Of a stretch of DNA of 64,000 nt, positions 63,898 to 64,000 are shown one piece after another. The notes under the pieces were generated by a model. That model saw nothing but the letters and a program-made list of their open reading frames with translations, did no database searches and was not told where the DNA came from. The position numbers and the translations under genes are program-made. The stretch's first letter is position 1. Every line of letters starts with the position of its first letter. This stretch comes from Leucoraja ocellata. Its lineage: Eukaryota. The stretch lies in NCBI GenBank assembly GCA_036785375.1, contig JAWMAR010000201.1, forward strand, positions 1,178,001 through 1,242,000, given 5' to 3'.

Positions 63898-63924
63898 AAC
63901 TGAATACCCATACGCGTGATGAAG
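63898..63924 (+). CDS. 27-nt C micro-exon, (E)LNTHTRDE
   Basis: ctatattccgcacacag|...GAAG|gtgagg. Confidence 0.85.
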
Positions 63925-64000
63925 GTGAGGAAGGTGTCTCAAGGTGATCTAATGCAACGAGAAAGGAGAATTTTCTCCAAATCTATTACATGGGTAATCA

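Larger units (their letters stand above)
1838..63924 (+). other. Interior of an unidentified multi-micro-exon gene encoding a long repetitive coiled-coil protein (36/27/27-nt phase 1-1 exon modules); both ends lie outside the window or were not recognised
   Basis: 41 complete AG...G|GT(GC) exons of 3n length plus one gap-truncated exon, all on +, all open in phase 1, with a shared peptide consensus; no transcript evidence available. Confidence 0.88.

Noticed and set aside
1-64000. CRISPR array, operons or other prokaryotic systems
   Set aside because: The sequence is intron- and TE-rich vertebrate DNA; no regularly spaced direct repeats or long intact ORFs.

Overview
Vertebrate genomic DNA, not prokaryotic. 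The repeat content (HE1-like V-SINEs, many CR1/HER1-type 3' ends, Penelope elements) points to a cartilaginous fish, probably a skate or ray; that assignment is inference. There are three N gaps, and the supplied ORF track is almost entirely spurious or transposon-derived. The main hidden signal is a + strand gene running through the whole window as about 42 micro-exons found by eye. Twelve are 36 nt (plus one cut by a gap), twenty-six are 27 nt, and one each is 21, 24 and 42 nt. Each complete exon is AG-flanked, ends G|GT (one G|GC), is a multiple of 3, is phase 1-1 and has no stop codon. They recur as a 36+27+27 nt (A-B-C, 30 aa) module encoding about three coiled-coil heptads, often with Cys in the core, followed by a polar linker, giving roughly 415 aa in total. 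At least four further exons look damaged. No start, stop, TM or globular exon was seen, so the gene is unidentified; BG/butyrophilin-like heptad micro-exon tails and lectin necks are the closest architectural analogues. The introns hold CR1, Rex1/Babar, Tx1, Penelope (with hammerhead-like motifs), BEL/Pao, Helitron-like and SINE fragments.
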